Shown here piece after piece: positions 35,696 through 50,300 of a stretch of 64,000 nt of DNA. The stretch comes from Pristiophorus japonicus. Lineage: Eukaryota. The notes beneath the pieces are model-generated. The model made no database searches and was not told the origin of the DNA. It saw nothing but the letters and a program-made list of their open reading frames with translations. The position numbers and the translations under genes were made by a program. The stretch covers positions 54,374,001-54,438,000 of the forward strand of contig NC_091987.1 of NCBI RefSeq assembly GCF_044704955.1. The letters are read 5' to 3'. Each line of letters starts with the position of its first letter. Positions within the stretch are counted from its first letter, which is position 1.

Positions 35696-37159
35696 AAATT
35701 CCCTGGATTTTGGGGAGGTCCCAGCAGATTGGAAAAATGCAAATGTAATGCCCCTATTTAAAAAAGGAGGCAGACAAAAAGCAGGAAACTATAGACCAGT
35801 TAGCCTAACATCTGTGGTTGGGAAGATGTTGGAGTCCATTATTAAAGAAGCAGTAGCAGGACATTTGGAAAAGCAAAATTCATTCAGGCAGAGTAATCAT
35901 GGATTTATGAAGGGGAAGTCATGTTTGACAAATTTGCTGGAATTTTTTGAGGATGTAACGAACAGGGTGAATAAAGGGGAACCAGTGGATGTGGTGTATT
36001 TGGCGTTCCAGAAGACATTTGACAAGGTGCCACATAAAAGGTTACTGCACAACATAAAAGTTCATGGGGTTGGGGGTAATATATTAGCATGGATAGTGGA
36101 TTGGCTAACTAACGGAAAACAGAGAGTCGGGATAAATAGTTCAATTCCCGGGTTGGCAATCAGTAACTAGTCAGGCGCCGCAGGGAGCAGTACTGGGACC
36201 CCAAATAGTTACAATCTATATTAACGACTTGGATGAAGATATCGAGTGTAACGTAGCCAAGTTTGCTGACGATATAAAGATGGGAGGAAAATCAATGTGT
36301 GAGGAGGACACAAAAAATCTGCAAAACGACATAGACAGGCTAAGTGAGTGGGCAAAAATTTGGCAGATGGACTATAATGTTGGAAACTGTGAGGTCATGC
36401 ACTTTGGCAGAAAAAGATCAAAAAGCAAGTTATTATTTAAATGGAGTATGATTCCAAAGTGCTGCAGTACGGCGTGACCTGGGGGTACTTGTGCATGAAA
36501 CACAAAAGGTGAGTATGCAGGTACAGCAAGTGATCAGGAAGGCCAATGGAATCTTGGCCTTTATTGCAAAGGGGATGTAGTATAAAAACAGGGAAGTCTT
36601 GCTACAGTTGTACAGGGTATTGGTGAGGCCACACCTGGAATACTTGCTTTGGAGGCAGTTCAGAGAAGGTTCACAAGGTTGATTCCAGAGATGAGGGGGT
36701 TGACTTATGAAGAAAGGTTGAGTAGGTTGTTGGGCCTCTACTCATTGGAATTCAGAAGAATGAGAGGTGATCTTATCGAGACGTATAAGATTATGAGGGG
36801 GCTTGACAAGGTGGATGCAGAGAGGATGTTTCCACTGATAGGGGAGACTAGAAATAGAGGGCATAATCTTAGAATAAGGGGCCACCTGTTTAAAACTGAG
36901 ATGAGGAGAAATTTCATCTCTCAGAGGGTTGTGTATCTGTGGAACTCATTGCCTCAGAGAGCTGTGGAAGCTGGGACATTGAATAAATTTAAGACAGAGA
37001 TAGACAGTTTCTTAAACGATAAGGGATTATGGGGAGCGGGCAGGGAAGTGGACCTGAATCCATGATCGGATCAGTCATGATCATATTGAAAGGCGGAGCA
37101 GGCTCGAGGGGCCGTATGGTCTACTCCTGCTCCTATTTCTTATGTTCTTATGTTCTTAT
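35696..37159 (+). mobile_element. CR1 RT/3' fragment, decayed
   Basis: NYRPVSLTS, HGF, KFADD, RGDLIETYK motifs; (TTCTTATG)n tail. Confidence 0.92.
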
Positions 37160-38497
37160 AATAGCTCATTAAGACTGAGGCTAAATTAGGATGGCCGTAC
37201 GATCCTATTTTCCAGCGACAGTCCCCAGATTAGGTATTGTGTTCCCTTGCAAACAATGTCCCTGGAAGAGACCCCGGTTCTGGAAACTTGTCCCCAAATA
37301 AAATTTCAGTAATTAAATGTAAAATAGGTTCAATAAACAAGAACTCTGACCGACAGATTTAGGAAAATAAATTAAAATTTTCACCCCCATTAGTTACCGC
37401 CAAAAACAGTATATTATAAAGATTTATCGCAGGTGCAGCTGATGTTTCAACAACCTTGGTCATGACATACTGGAGGCATCGCCTACCATACCATCAAACC
37501 AGGGTGAGTGTTGATTGTTGGTGGAGCTGTCCAATCAAATCAAGAGAAATTGAACTGCCTCTACGTCATAAATAAATGAGACAAATAAAGTATGGTCAGA
37601 GGCAGTATTATCTGATGAGAGAAAGAGGGCGATTGGGTGGTGTATTTATAAAAGAGCAGAGAAAGAATTGAGCAAAGACAGCGCGCCAAATTTAAGAAAG
37701 TAAGTTTATTTAGCCAGTATCTTTTAAATACTTGGATACCTTGTGTTCTTACAAATTGAGGTGCTTTATTCAACCCTTAGCACTAAAGTACTCTGTTCCC
37801 AAAAAATATATTTATTTTCACAGGTGCTAATTGAGCCTTTGGTTCTTGTTTCAAATTTCTAGCATATGTAGGTTTTTTTTATCTTATCTAATCGATCTTT
37901 ACAGTCCACAGATTTACTTTTCAGGCCATTTTGTCTTTGTTTTTAGCTTGTGTGCAGTGATACTGAAGTAATGGCCAACAATTTAGTGGGAATGGGGTCA
38001 CGGGAGCCAGGAAGTGGGTCTCATTCAAATAGAAAGAACAGGAGGTAAGGGAGAAACTGGAGAAAGACTCGGGGCTAGGGCAGATGGCCTTGACTATGTC
38101 ATTGGGAGAGGTTTGGCTTGGTGGACAAGAGGATTGAGACCAGGGGCGCGGGCATGGCGTGGGGGGTGAGGGGGTTGGCAGAGGCAGATACAGATGAACA
38201 GATGGTCTTAATCCATTTGACAAACAAGTCTGTGAGCTCCTTCCACGTGTTGTTGTCATGAATGTTGTAATTTCCATAATACATACACTGAAAAAAACTC
38301 TAAAAGTTGAAAATCCTCAGCTATAGGAGAGAAGGTGGGCTGAAGCAAGAACAGAGAGGGGCAATGTTACGCTGATGGAATTGAGTGTTCTTTGTGAGAG
38401 AGGATTGTGAAGTTGGAAGTTTAGTTCAGGGACGCTGCTGTGGCAAACCATTTGGTTCAAACTGAGATAGTGGTCAGGGATCAGAGAAGGTATAAAA

Positions 38498-38640
38498 GGA
38501 TATAAAATGGGTCAGAGAGTCTAGTAAGAAGGAAGAACTGAGGGAAATCCTTATTAGTCGGGAAATTGTGTTGGGGAAATTGATGGGATTGAAGGCCGAT
38601 AAATCCCTAGGGCCTGATGATCTGCATCCCAGAGTATTAA
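38498..38640 (+). mobile_element. Short internal CR1-C ORF2 fragment, opposite orientation to the adjacent copy
   Basis: Encodes ELREILISREIVLGKLMGLKADKS..PDDLHPRVL; matches the reverse complement of ~7518-7655. Confidence 0.85.
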
Positions 38641-39870
38641 ATAGGTGCAGGAGTAGGCTATTCGGCCCTTCGAGCCTGCACCGCCATTCAAAGAGTTCAT
38701 AGCTGAACATGCAACTTCAGTACCCCATTCCTGCTTTCTCGCCATACCCCTTGATCCCCCTAGGAGTAAGGACTACATCCAACTCCTTTTTGAATATATT
38801 TAGTGAATTGGCCTCAACAACTTTCTGTGGTAGAGAATTCCACAGGTTCACCACTCTCTGGGTGAAGAAGTTTCTCCTCATCTCGGTCCTAAATGGCTTG
38901 CCCCTTATCTTTAGGCTGTGACCCCTGGTTCTGGACTTCCCCAACATTGGGAACATTCTTCCTGCATCTAACCTGTCTAAACCCATCAGAATTTTAAACA
39001 TTTCTATGAGATCCCCTCTCAGTCTTCTGAACTCCAGTGAATATAAGCCCAGTTGATCCAGTCTTTCTTGATATGTCAGTCCCGCCATCCTGGGAATCAG
39101 TCTGGTGAACCTTCGCTGCACTCCCTCAATAGCAAGAATGTCCTTCCTCAAGTTAGGAGACCAAAACTGTACACAATACTCCAAGTGTGGCCTCACCAAG
39201 GCCCTGTACAACTGTAGTAACACCACCCTGCATCTGGACTCAAATCCCCTCGCTATGAAGGCCAACATGCCATTTGCTTTCTTAACCGCCTGCTGTACCT
39301 GCATGCCAACCTTCAATGACTGATGTACCATGACACCCAGGTTTCGTTGCACCTCCCCTTTTCCTAATCTGTCACCATTCAGATAATAGTCTGTCTCTCT
39401 GTTTTTACCACCAATGTGAATAACCTCACATTTATCCACATTATACTTCATCTGCCATGCATTTGCCCACTCACCTAACCTATCCAAGTCACTCTGCAGC
39501 CTCATAGCATCCTCCTCGCAGCTCACACTGCCACCCAACTTAGTGTCATCCGCAAATTTGGAGATACTACATTTAATCCCCTCGTCTAAATCATTAATGT
39601 ACAATGTAAACAGCTGGGGCTCCAGCACAGAACCTTGCGGTACCCCACTAGTCACTGCCTGCCATTCTGAAAAGTACCCATTTACTCCTACTCTTTGCTT
39701 CCTGTCTGCCAACCAGTTCTCAATCCACGTCAGCACACTACCCCCAATCCCATGTGCTTTAACTTTGCACATTAATCTCTTGTGTGGGACCTTGTCGAAA
39801 GCCTTCTGAAAGTCCAAGTACACCACATCAACTGCTTCTCCCTTGTCCACTCTACTGGAAACATCCTCAA
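38641..39870 (-). mobile_element. Young CR1-C, 5'-truncated, microsatellite tail missing
   Basis: Open 377-aa RT ORF 38717-39850, near-identical to 6062-7200. Confidence 0.95.
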
Positions 39871-39976
39871 AGAGATAGGTTTTAAGGAGCGTCTAAAAGG
39901 AGGAAATAGAGGTAGAGAGGCAGAGAAATTTAGGCAGGGAGTCCCAGAGCTTAGGGCCTAGACAACAGATGGCACA
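39871..39976 (-). mobile_element. L2-type LINE 3' ORF2 fragment
   Basis: Minus strand reads GPKLWDSLPKFLCLSTSISSF.TLLKTYL, matching the L2 C-terminal P.LWNSLP...SFK..LKT.L motif. Confidence 0.65.
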
Positions 39977-40145
39977 GAAATAATTAATAAATCTGTGAAA
40001 AATAAATGACATGGGCAGTGATATGATGAAAGATTTCGTGAATAGGCCATACAGACAGTGGGTGTGAAAACTGAAGTGTTATTGTTTTATTTATAAACAA
40101 TATCTGAATGTTCTTCAATAGTATGATGTCACATCTGCAGTAATC

Positions 40146-40176
<31 letters not shown>

Positions 40177-43100
40177 AATGTGCAACTGTTAAAATATAGG
40201 TTGCTAAAAAAATTTTGATTTGCTACCCTGCACAACCTGCATTTTCCGTCTGCCTACTTTGCTGTGCTCTCACCTTGTGTCCCCCAGATTTGGTTTAGAA
40301 AATATGGCCACTCTAGGCTAAATGTAATGCTCACACTGCTGCCTTGGTTCAGATCAAGAACAAACCAAGGTGGAATCTTTGCAGTCTCAGTAGTTCGGTG
40401 CCCAATATGCCATTGGGGGAGGGAGATTCATTGTGATTTTGTTGGAATTTATTTCAACATGCTGAAGCAGGGGTGAAGAAATTTCACCCCACAGGAGACT
40501 AACTGCTGCGGTGTAGGAAGATGTAGAGCCACTTTTCCATGCCTCCAGTGTAGAGATTAGCCAATCCTTGAAACAAAGCCCTCTCCTAAAGGGGTCTCAT
40601 GATATGGTTCACATGTCTTTCCTATTTATACTTTCTGAAGGTTCATCCATTGTAATTCATCTTATCACTCTTGTACCTTGTACCCTCTTAATGTTTTTTT
40701 ATACTACATAAATTTTAATTATCTTCACAAGCAGCTCTGTTGAGCTAACTTCAATTCGTACTTTAGCATTATAACTTGATTATTAGAAATAATAGAATAA
40801 CCATAGGCATTGTGTCTTAGTTGGTCAAATTATAGATACATAAACAAAGTTGAAATTCTAACTTGAAAATAGCAGGTAGTTGCTTGGAAACAAGATTATA
40901 TATGGCTGTCATAGTGCAGGATGCTGTAACATCCGCAGGGAACCAAAAATATAAGCACATTCTAAGGATCTATTTAGTTATTCTAATACTAGTCTGAAGA
41001 GATTTTTTATCTCCAGTTCAAACACAATGATATAAACACAGCATTACTCGTGTCACTACAATGGAATGCAGTTTTGTTTGCATAACCATATACATTTTGG
41101 ACACCCCTGATTTGCAGCATTAGTTTCATAGAATTTCCACCCATTTGAAGCAGGGTAATTTCATGAAGCAGGAAGATGGAAATTTCAGATCTACGGTCTC
41201 ACAGATTTAGGCTCAAGTATCAACAAGGAACTTGTGTCTTCTGATGTAAGAATGTTTGCTTAAAGTTTGATCTGTACCGCATGGCTGAAGGAAATTGCAT
41301 TGTACAAATTCTGCCACTGACTTTTGACCTGCTGAGGAAGGTCAAGGCTGAAAATGTATCTCTTACTCAGCCACATACCCCTCAATAGTTTGGGTATTGT
41401 GCTTGTGTTTGTTACCAATAAAAAAGAACAATTACAATAGAACTGCAGTACTTTCAATAAATAATCAAAATGCCTTGCGTGCTGTCAGATCCCATTAATA
41501 CTCTTGTTAGACAGAGACCATTGTACATGTCACTTGTTTTGTCAAAATGTCGCATCAAAGAGTTTTCACTCTGTGATGTAAAAACATGTTGTACTTTTCA
41601 ATTTTGCCATTTTAAACCTTACGTGCCAAGACTGTTTTTTTTAAACAGAAGAACACAGCTATTGATGGAGAAAGTCACTTAGAGCCTTGTGAGTATCGAG
41701 TCACGCAATTTCAATTTTCATCCTTGAATTGTTCACATGCTTACTGCAGCCTCATGGTAAACTAAACCTAAATCAGGAGACACATTACCATGTCAAATCC
41801 CTTCTCAGTGAATGTTCAAACTGATGTTCAGAAAGGACAATGTGCAGCAATTATTCACCATGTGCACGCACACTGTCACACCATATGTCAATATTGTGTG
41901 ATATAGGAAGCAGAATAAAGACATCCAGAGGACTGACTGTTGAGGCAACACAGCCAAATGCATCAGTTACATTTCAGCAAGAGTGCTCACTTGCATATTC
42001 ATGGCATATGGCAAATATTTTGGATGATATGCAAACACTACATTAGAAACTTTCCAGGAGAATTCCCAAGACAGGCCTCAGCACTTTGAAATCCACTCGC
42101 TTGCCTTTTTGAATTGGTAAAGAATTATCAATTTATTGTTACATAGCAAATACTCTCACTTGAATCAACCACAGTAGCTATTTCTATGAATTAGATGGTA
42201 TCACAACACATCTACACCCTAATTTTAACCCCCTATGGGAACGCTGTAGGTGGGAAATTATAACGGCAGTCGGGCACATCCCATTATTTTAACTCTTGGG
42301 TTTCCAGGAGCTTAGAGTCCACTTGCCACAGGCAGGCAGGGGTCTCATTAATATGAAAATGTTATGGTCCAATGACTGCATCAGATTTTAACTTGGGATT
42401 GTTGATGTGTCGCCAGGCCCGAATACACTAATGCAAGCTGGAGGCGTACAGGACCCAGGGCAAGAAGAGACCCAGTTAAGTTATTTAATTTTTTTTAAAG
42501 GTTTCTCCTGGCCCCACAAGGAATCCTTGTGCCTTTCCTGGCCTGGGCGGAAATAGCTTGAGGGGATGACTGGCCTACGTTCCACCCCTGACTACAATCT
42601 CCACGAATCACTCACCTGCCTGATCTCTAACCTTGCCGGAAAAAATTATATGAGGCTTAGAAGGATAAATTGCCTGAGTACTCACACTGGCACTGATGTG
42701 GGTGCATCGTTCCTACTCCAGCCCTGGGTTCAAATCATTTATATATACTAAGCCCTGTAATACACCACTTACAATCCTTCTCCAAGCCAAGCTTGTGCAT
42801 TAACAAATGATTTTTTATCTATGCTGCTACATTTCTTCTCATACCATATGGCTACATTTTTTTTAACAAGTCTCATGTGAGAATGCCTTCAGTAAATCCA
42901 TAAACACTACAGTACTACATTCCCTTGTTACACAATCAATCACGTCTTTAAAAACACTGACTGCTTTTATCTCGAGTCATGGATTGTAAGGTCCCGATAT
43001 TTACTGGGATGTGGTTTCAGAGTGGCGGGAGATTGGTGGGGGGAAGGGGGAAGGGTTATGGGTGGGAAACCCGAAAGTGTGAGCTTCCCCGAATGTCGGG

Positions 43101-43943
43101 GGTGGGGGGGGGGGGTTGATGCTGGGGGTGGATAGAGTATGCTTGGGTGGGGCATGTGGAGGTGTTGATCCCAAGGTGATCGAGGTGTAGAGATCGGTGG
43201 CGATCATGGGGAGCCAGGGGGGATCTGGGCGGTGTCAGTGATCTCAGTGGGGGTTGTTGGGGAGATCAGTGGGGTTGGTGATTGTGGGGGGTTCGGGTGG
43301 AGGTGAAGATTGAGGGGCTAGTCATTGATGGGGGAGATCAGGGAGGAAGAGAGAGATCGTGTGGGTGGGTGGGTAAGCTTATTGGGCCTGGAGGAAACAC
43401 TTCTGCTCCTCCTGGCCCACAAGCAGTGCTGTAAAGGCACTTACCTGATGGATCCAGCCCTTCCTGCCTCCTTTTACCAGCCGAGTTTCCTGAAGACTGG
43501 AAAACCCAGCCCACATGGACTAAAAATAGAAATCTTGTTAAAATGGAGACACATAGGGCTAGACTTTCCACTTTGCTGGCTATCGGCCAAAAAAATGGGC
43601 GATGTTCCAGCCTTGGTGATGTCTCAGCCTTCATGATCACTGGAACATAGCCCATTTTTGGGATCGCGACTTCTGGCTCAGCGATAGCCCAACGATGTGG
43701 ATGGCAAAGCTTCTCTAGCAACGGCCTTCTGCGCATGCCATTTTTTTTTTGGTGACAGGTTTTCCCACATTTCAGGAGGTCAGGGATCATCAACATATGC
43801 GCAGAAGGGAAAGGGAGGGGCAGAGAGAGAGAGAGAGAGAGAGGATAGAGAGAGAGGAGGAAGGCAGGGACAGAGAGGAGAGAGTAAAGAGTGAGAAAGA
43901 AAATATTACAGATTATTACAGGAAAAGAAAGATAGAAAAAGAG

Positions 43944-45782
43944 ATGTCCTATTCTGAGCATAGTATGCATGATGTGGAGGGGGTGAGGACGAGGACCAAA
44001 CCCTTTTCCAATGAGGCGAACGGGGCCCTCATCGCTGAGGTGCACTCCCGGTGCTCATGGAAAACCCCCACCCCATGTGTATTGCAAGATATAGTGTGAC
44101 TTCACTGACGTGGTCTCCTCGGCCTCCCATGAGGCGAGGGGGTCCGACCAGTGCCGGAAGTGCTGGAACAGCTTAGTAGCTTCGGCAAGAGTAAGTAGCA
44201 TTTTATATTATACTGATGCAAATTGTAATTATAATTATAATTATAATTAATCTCCTGGATTGAATTTAAGCTTGTTATTCTTACATGTATTACATTTACT
44301 CCCTGTTAAGATCGGACAGGGCTATGAACCTGTGCCCCTTTTAAGTCTCTCTGGCTGCTGCCACTTGCACAGTGACCCAGCATGGACTGGGGGAGAGCCG
44401 CCCTTGCTCGCTGTCTGCTCTGGGATACTTTGGGACATTAGCTCCAGCCAATGCTGACTTCAATGGGGATTGTAGTCAATAGAGATATATTTGTCAAGCA
44501 TTAGCTCCTAACCACGATCTTTGTTATAACCGTGCATCAATTGTGGATACAAACCCTATTAGCATATATAGTTGGAAATTGTTGTCTTTCCATGACAGTA
44601 CCTCGTCAATTATCTTATGCCATGCACTTTTCACATTTGCAGAGGAAGATTTCTTACAACAGGGCGCAACAGAGGCGCACCGGAGGAGGCCCTGCTCAGT
44701 TCCAACCCTTGACCGACCTTGAGGAGCGAGCAGACGCACGTGTTGGAAGCCACAGTTGCTCAGCCACCACCCTTGGTGTTGCAGAGCCCTCTGATGCGTC
44801 ACGTGAGTAATGTGTCTAGCAGTGTTAAAGTAATGTAATGTTATTTCATTATAATGTACAAATGATGTCATGTTATGTCCCCTTCTCTGTCTGCTCCCCA
44901 TAATTATTCTGTCTATCTCCGACTGATCCATCCTTGTTCTTGGTCTCATTTATTGTAGTAGTGCTGATCCTGCTTCGTATGCCAGCGCAGCGCAAGAATG
45001 TGTACCCTTCCGTTCGAATAAGCTCAATAAGCTCAATTGTGTTTTGCAGGTCCAACAACACCGATGCGCAGCGAGGGAAGACCTCAACCTGCACCTCCAT
45101 GGGTGGGGAGGAGGAGGAGGAGGAAGAGGACGAGTATCTGAAATCCACTGAGCCTGACGAAGATACGGAGGAGGATGCCCCAAGCATCCCACCGGTGGAA
45201 ATGTCACCTGTGGGACCTGTGGCCATAACGTCATCGTCTTCAACTGAAGAGGCTGCGGGACCAAGCGGCATGCAGCTGGCAATGCCAAGGCAAGCATTAG
45301 TGCCCTTGCAAACCCCACGGAGGTCGAGTCAGCGAGTAGAGCGCACGCCTACTCTGGCCGATCGCATAGAGGGCTTGACTCAACTGTGCGAGGAGACCGT
45401 CGGGATAAGTCGCGACCATCTCCAGGCGTTTGTGACCTTCACAGTGGACTTCTCCCGGGTGTCACAGCAGACGCTCATGGAGATGCATGCGCAGACCGGC
45501 GCCACCAATGCCTTGTGACATGCATTGTTGGCGGAACACGGTGCTGCACACGAACGTACCATGATGTCGCGGACCATGAGCACCAGCACACAAGCGAGTC
45601 AGGAGGAAGCACTTCCTTCTGACTCGGAAGGCGATTCCCCAGCTTCGCCTTCCCCTCCAACACCACCCCCTCCAATATGCGATCATGCCACCATCGCCCC
45701 CACCATAGCAGGAAGTCTTGATGGCATCTCGGTGCCACCCGGGGACCAAAATGGGTGGGTGGGGTTAAGAGATGGGAGGTGA
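43944..45782 (+). pseudogene. Harbinger Myb/SANT accessory gene, probably three exons (43944-44190, 44643-44802, 45050-45782)
   Basis: RTKPFSNEANGALIAEV...DQCRKCWNSL then GTAAGT; acceptor TTTGCAG then RKISYNRAQQRRTGGGP (TGGG motif) then GTGAGT; acidic third exon. Confidence 0.78.
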
Positions 45783-46113
45783 AAGGATCTGGAGGGAAAC
45801 GTGGCCACAGGTGCTGATACTGTTAATATTGTTATTGTTATTGTTGTTGTTGTTTTATTGTTGGGGTGGGTGTGGGTTTGGGGGTGGGTGGGTGTTACAA
45901 TAATTAATACATTTTGTTAATTTAATTTTAAAAATTATTTCAATTTACAATTGTTATGCAGTGTCTTCTAATAACGTAAGTTAAGCAAAAACTGTTGTAA
46001 AACAATGGCCAGGCCAGACCAGGCAAGGATGAAATGTAACTCAACGCAAATGCAACCGTTGTTTTGCGGTAACCGTAACTGTAACTGTAACTGTGACTGT
46101 CACCAATGTAAGT

Positions 46114-47330
46114 TCATGCAAAGCATTCATTTATGAGCTGCAGACGCAACAGTTTTGCAGCTGCGTAACTCCCACGGGATTTTTCCAGTCTTGCGGGAGG
46201 ATGTGGGGCCATGGAATCATCGCCAGGCTGATTGCTCTCCCCGAGATCCTCACCAGCCTCCTCCTCCTCCTCCTCCTCCTCCTTCACCTCCTCATCTGTC
46301 TCTTGCACCTCCACTCCTTCCTGAGGTGGACCATCAATCCCATCTGGCAATTGTTGTCCTCTCCTTATAGCTAGTTTATGCAACATGCAGCACACCACAA
46401 TAAACTCAGCAATCTCATCAGTATGGCATTGTAGGCTGCCTCCAGAGTGGTCCAGGCATCTGAAGCACTGTTTGAGCACTCCAATTGTCTTTTCGACAAT
46501 ATTGCATGTAGCTATGTGGCTTTTGTTGTAACGCTTCTCTGCTTCCATCTGGCGATTATACAGAGGAATCATGAGCCAGCTGGCCATATCCTTCTGGCTG
46601 ACTGTCAAACATGTTAGAGACAGCGCTCTCACGCAGGATGTGCGCATCATGGATGCTGTCTGGAAAATTAGCATTTACTGCCATGATTATTTGGCTGTGG
46701 TCGACAACAAGCTGCACATTCAGGGAGTGGAATCCCTTTCGGTTAGGAAACACCTCTGCTTTCTATAAAGGTGCTTTCAGGGTGATGTGCATGCAGTCTA
46801 TTGCTTCCTGCACCTTGGGGAATTTGCTATTCTCGAGAAACCTAAAGCCCTTCCAGTCTGCGCCTCCCTGGTCATAGGGAAGCTTATAAAGTCCATCCTG
46901 TGAGTGTAAAGGGCTTTAGTCACCTGTCAAATGGAGCAGTGTGTGGCGTGCTGAGAGATACCACAGTTGTTGTCAGCTGAAGCCTGAAAGGAGCCCGATG
47001 CAAAGAAGGATAGTGCCGTAGTAACCTTAACCTCAATGTGAAGTGCGGTCCTGATGGTGTTGGTAGGCTGCAGATCCCTCTTGATGAGCTGGCATATGTC
47101 ATTGATGACCTCCTTTTAGAAGTGCAGCCTCCTAAGGTACGTGTTATCAGACAAGTTGAGGTAAGATTGCTTTTCCCTGTAAGTTCATCGGCTGTACGGT
47201 CTCCTCCTCCACCCACGCATTAGTCTGCGACCTCTTCGATTGGCCCCTTCACTAAACCCTTCACTTAACTCAACCTCAGATGCCAGCAATTCAGCAGTTA
47301 CAAGTAATGGTAGAGAAGCTACAGCCCCCA
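46114..47330 (-). pseudogene. Harbinger DDE transposase, frameshifted
   Basis: [48 protein letters not shown]...INECFA. Confidence 0.9.
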
Positions 47331-50300
47331 TCACTATCACTATTACTATCACTGTTGATATAAATGCCCTTTCTATTATTAAACTGCCCTTTCCACTAAA
47401 ATAAATAAAAATAAATATAAATATAATTAAATATATATAATTATAAGTATGAATGTGAATAGATCTAATAGTAAAAGACCCTTAAATAAGTCACAAATTA
47501 TAAGCCCCTTTTTTAACCAGCCTCCTCTTTTCCTCCGACATTCAAAATGGCATCCGTAGGGCCGAGTTCTGTGAGGAAGGCCAGAGAAAATCAACTATTC
47601 TCCAACGATGTTCTCGGCGACGATCAGCCCGGCGATGCGCCAAAAGTTGTGCTGGGCGATGTGCGGGCAATCACCTCAGCGATCACCTCAGCGATGTGAG
47701 CCGAAAGTTGGGCTGGCAATTTTTACCCAAAATGGGTGATAGCCTGCCATTTTGGGTGATATATGGGCACTAGCCCAACGATCTGAAATGGAAAGTCTAG
47801 CCTAGCTTCCTTAAGAGGTTTCAATGACCCAATTGATCACCCTCACCTTGTCCCGCCTCCTTTAAAACCGGAAGTGGTGGGTTCCAGGCAGGTTGGGTTG
47901 CTGGTTGAAATTTTAAATATTTTTTTCTTCCCAACCGACCCAAATCCATCCATTTTTGGAGGTTAACTACGTGTTGGCCCACTGCTGACGTTAGACTAGC
48001 TGGTGTATATTTACAGTTTATCCTGTTCTCCCTTCTTGAACATAGCTGTTACATTGGCTTGCCAGTCATATGGCACAACTTGCATATTTAAGGAGGACTG
48101 AAAAATTGTAGCCGGAGCCTCTGCTATCTTCTCTCTGACCACTTGTGGTGAATGCCATCAGGACCTGATAACTTATCTGCTTTGAGTTCTGGTATTATTT
48201 TCAGAACCAATACCTTTTTTACAGTTATCTCTAACAATTGTATTCCTCTAGTGCCCCTAAATTCTCACTTACAACATCGTTTGTAAAAAAGCAAAACAAA
48301 ATACATATTTCATCCTCTACAATTAGACTCCTCCCTTCTTTTCTGAGCTGTCCTTACCTCTCCTTAACTATCCTTTTACTTTTTATATGCTTAGAAACAT
48401 ATTTCCTATTTCTGTTTACATTGTCTACTAGTTTTTTTATATTCCCTTTTAGTTCTTCCAATCATTTTTTCACCTCCCTAAAATAGTTTCTAGCATCCTC
48501 ATGATTTTCTTTAGCTTTGTTAGCCCTAACTTTATCACAAGTCTCCTTTTTAAATGTCAGTTTTGTTTTAATCGCTCTATATATCTATTCTTTGATGCAC
48601 CCCATTTTCACCTTATCAGAATATATTTTGTACTTTATCCATCTCATTTGTGGATTTCCCACTCCTGATCCACTGATTTGTCAACTTCTCTGCCCAGTTA
48701 AATTAGGCCAGCTCCCTTCTTATCTCACTGAACTATGCCCTTGTCCAATCCAGCAGCCTAATGTTTGACTCTTCCTTATCCTTTATTCTTCTTACATTGA
48801 ACCAAACAATGTTGTGCACTGACACAGCTCTCAAAAAAGCTGACAGTTTAAAGACAGCTCTGAATATAGACCTATGACACACAAAGACAACGGATTTAGA
48901 CTTTGTTGATTATATAACATACCTAAAATTTATTACAGGGAAAAAAACCTGAAATACACAAGCACACAGTTTACAACAGTGATGAATTTAGAGCTTACTG
49001 AACAGGACTCTGAGTGATAGCGTGAGCTTTATTTCTAGCTGCATTTTATCTGGTAAAAGTTATGCCATTTTAGAGGATACTGTAATTCTGCCTTTTAAAC
49101 CAAAATTATTTTTTGTGTCAGGAAATTCTGATATGTTTCAAATATGAAAATAAAAGTAGTCGTAAGGCCTTCAATACTAATTTACAGGATCTAGTTCATT
49201 TCATTGGGAATATAGGCCCAGATACATCATGTTAATTTGTGAACTAAACCTTTTACAACACACACCTCCAGTAATCCCAGCCCGCAGTGTATTCTGCATA
49301 CACAAGACAAATTTAGCTAATTATTGCATCTGTCCCTGCCTCCGCTCCCGAGACAGCCCAGAGGCAGGCAGAGGATTACTCGAATTGTGGGGATGCTGAT
49401 TTAATTATTTTAAATAAACAAATGTAATTTTTAAGTGGTTTCAGGAGGAATAAGGGTGAATCATTTGAAACAAAACCTCGGAACCGTTCTTATTAAGGGT
49501 CACATTCAAACATTAATCTGTCTATTTCTCTTTTAGATGATGATCAACCTGCTGTGTATTTCAAACATTTTCTGTTCTTAAAATCTTACTTCACAGGGCT
49601 CGAAATGATGTTGCTCATACACGGCATGAATGCTTATCATCTGTGTTTGACATTCCTTTGTCTGCTATTTTATAGGAGGGTCAATTAATTTCAAATAAAT
49701 TTCTTAACTGCTCCATTAAAATAGCAGACAACTGACTGTGAAATGAATGCATTAAGTGATTGTCCACTCTAATTGTCAACAATAATTTCTCCGTCTATAT
49801 TGTTTTTATATCCCTGTCAAAGAGGTTTATTTTCTTGCACTGGAAATGAAAATCACTGCACAACTCACTCCTTAAAGAAAAGCTTAAGTGCACATTGTTC
49901 CTCCAGGGATTCCTGTGATCTGATAACATTACAACAGGAGATCAGGTTAACCTTCACAGAGATTCCAGACACTAGTTTTGCACAATGCAACATGTACTTT
50001 CCTAAAATGGCAAACGGCATCCTATGTACATCACAGGATCCCAATGTGAATTTTTAATGAGCCTACCACCTGACTCAGGTATATGTTCCGGTTGCACGGG
50101 GAAAGATTGTGGGAAGGGAGGGAATGGAATGGCAAGTCATTCCCTGCCAATTTTGGAGCATTACCGGCCCATTTCAGCCAAAAAGAAGGTCTCAAAATTT
50201 ATCCATTTGTTTCCAGTCTGCTTCTAAAATTCCTGTTAACCGCTTATATTTTCTGTGTATTTCATGTAAAGAATGGTACGCAAATTGCAAATTTTACTGA

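Larger units (their letters stand above)
43557..47802. mobile_element. Two-gene PIF/Harbinger transposon (Myb gene on +, transposase on -, convergent), decayed
   Basis: Perfect 14-bp TIR GGCTAGACTTTCCA / TGGAAAGTCTAGCC; TSD TAG on both sides. Confidence 0.92.

Noticed and set aside
37187-37300. hAT-like terminus (TAGGATGGCC...)
   Set aside because: No matching opposite TIR or 8-bp TSD found.
40000-42200. Short ORFs in AT-rich unique sequence
   Set aside because: No recognisable domains and no consistent splice-site pairs with an open frame.
43010-43380. G-rich tract with G-quadruplex potential
   Set aside because: Irregular low-complexity linker typical of these MITE/Harbinger interiors; no regular period.
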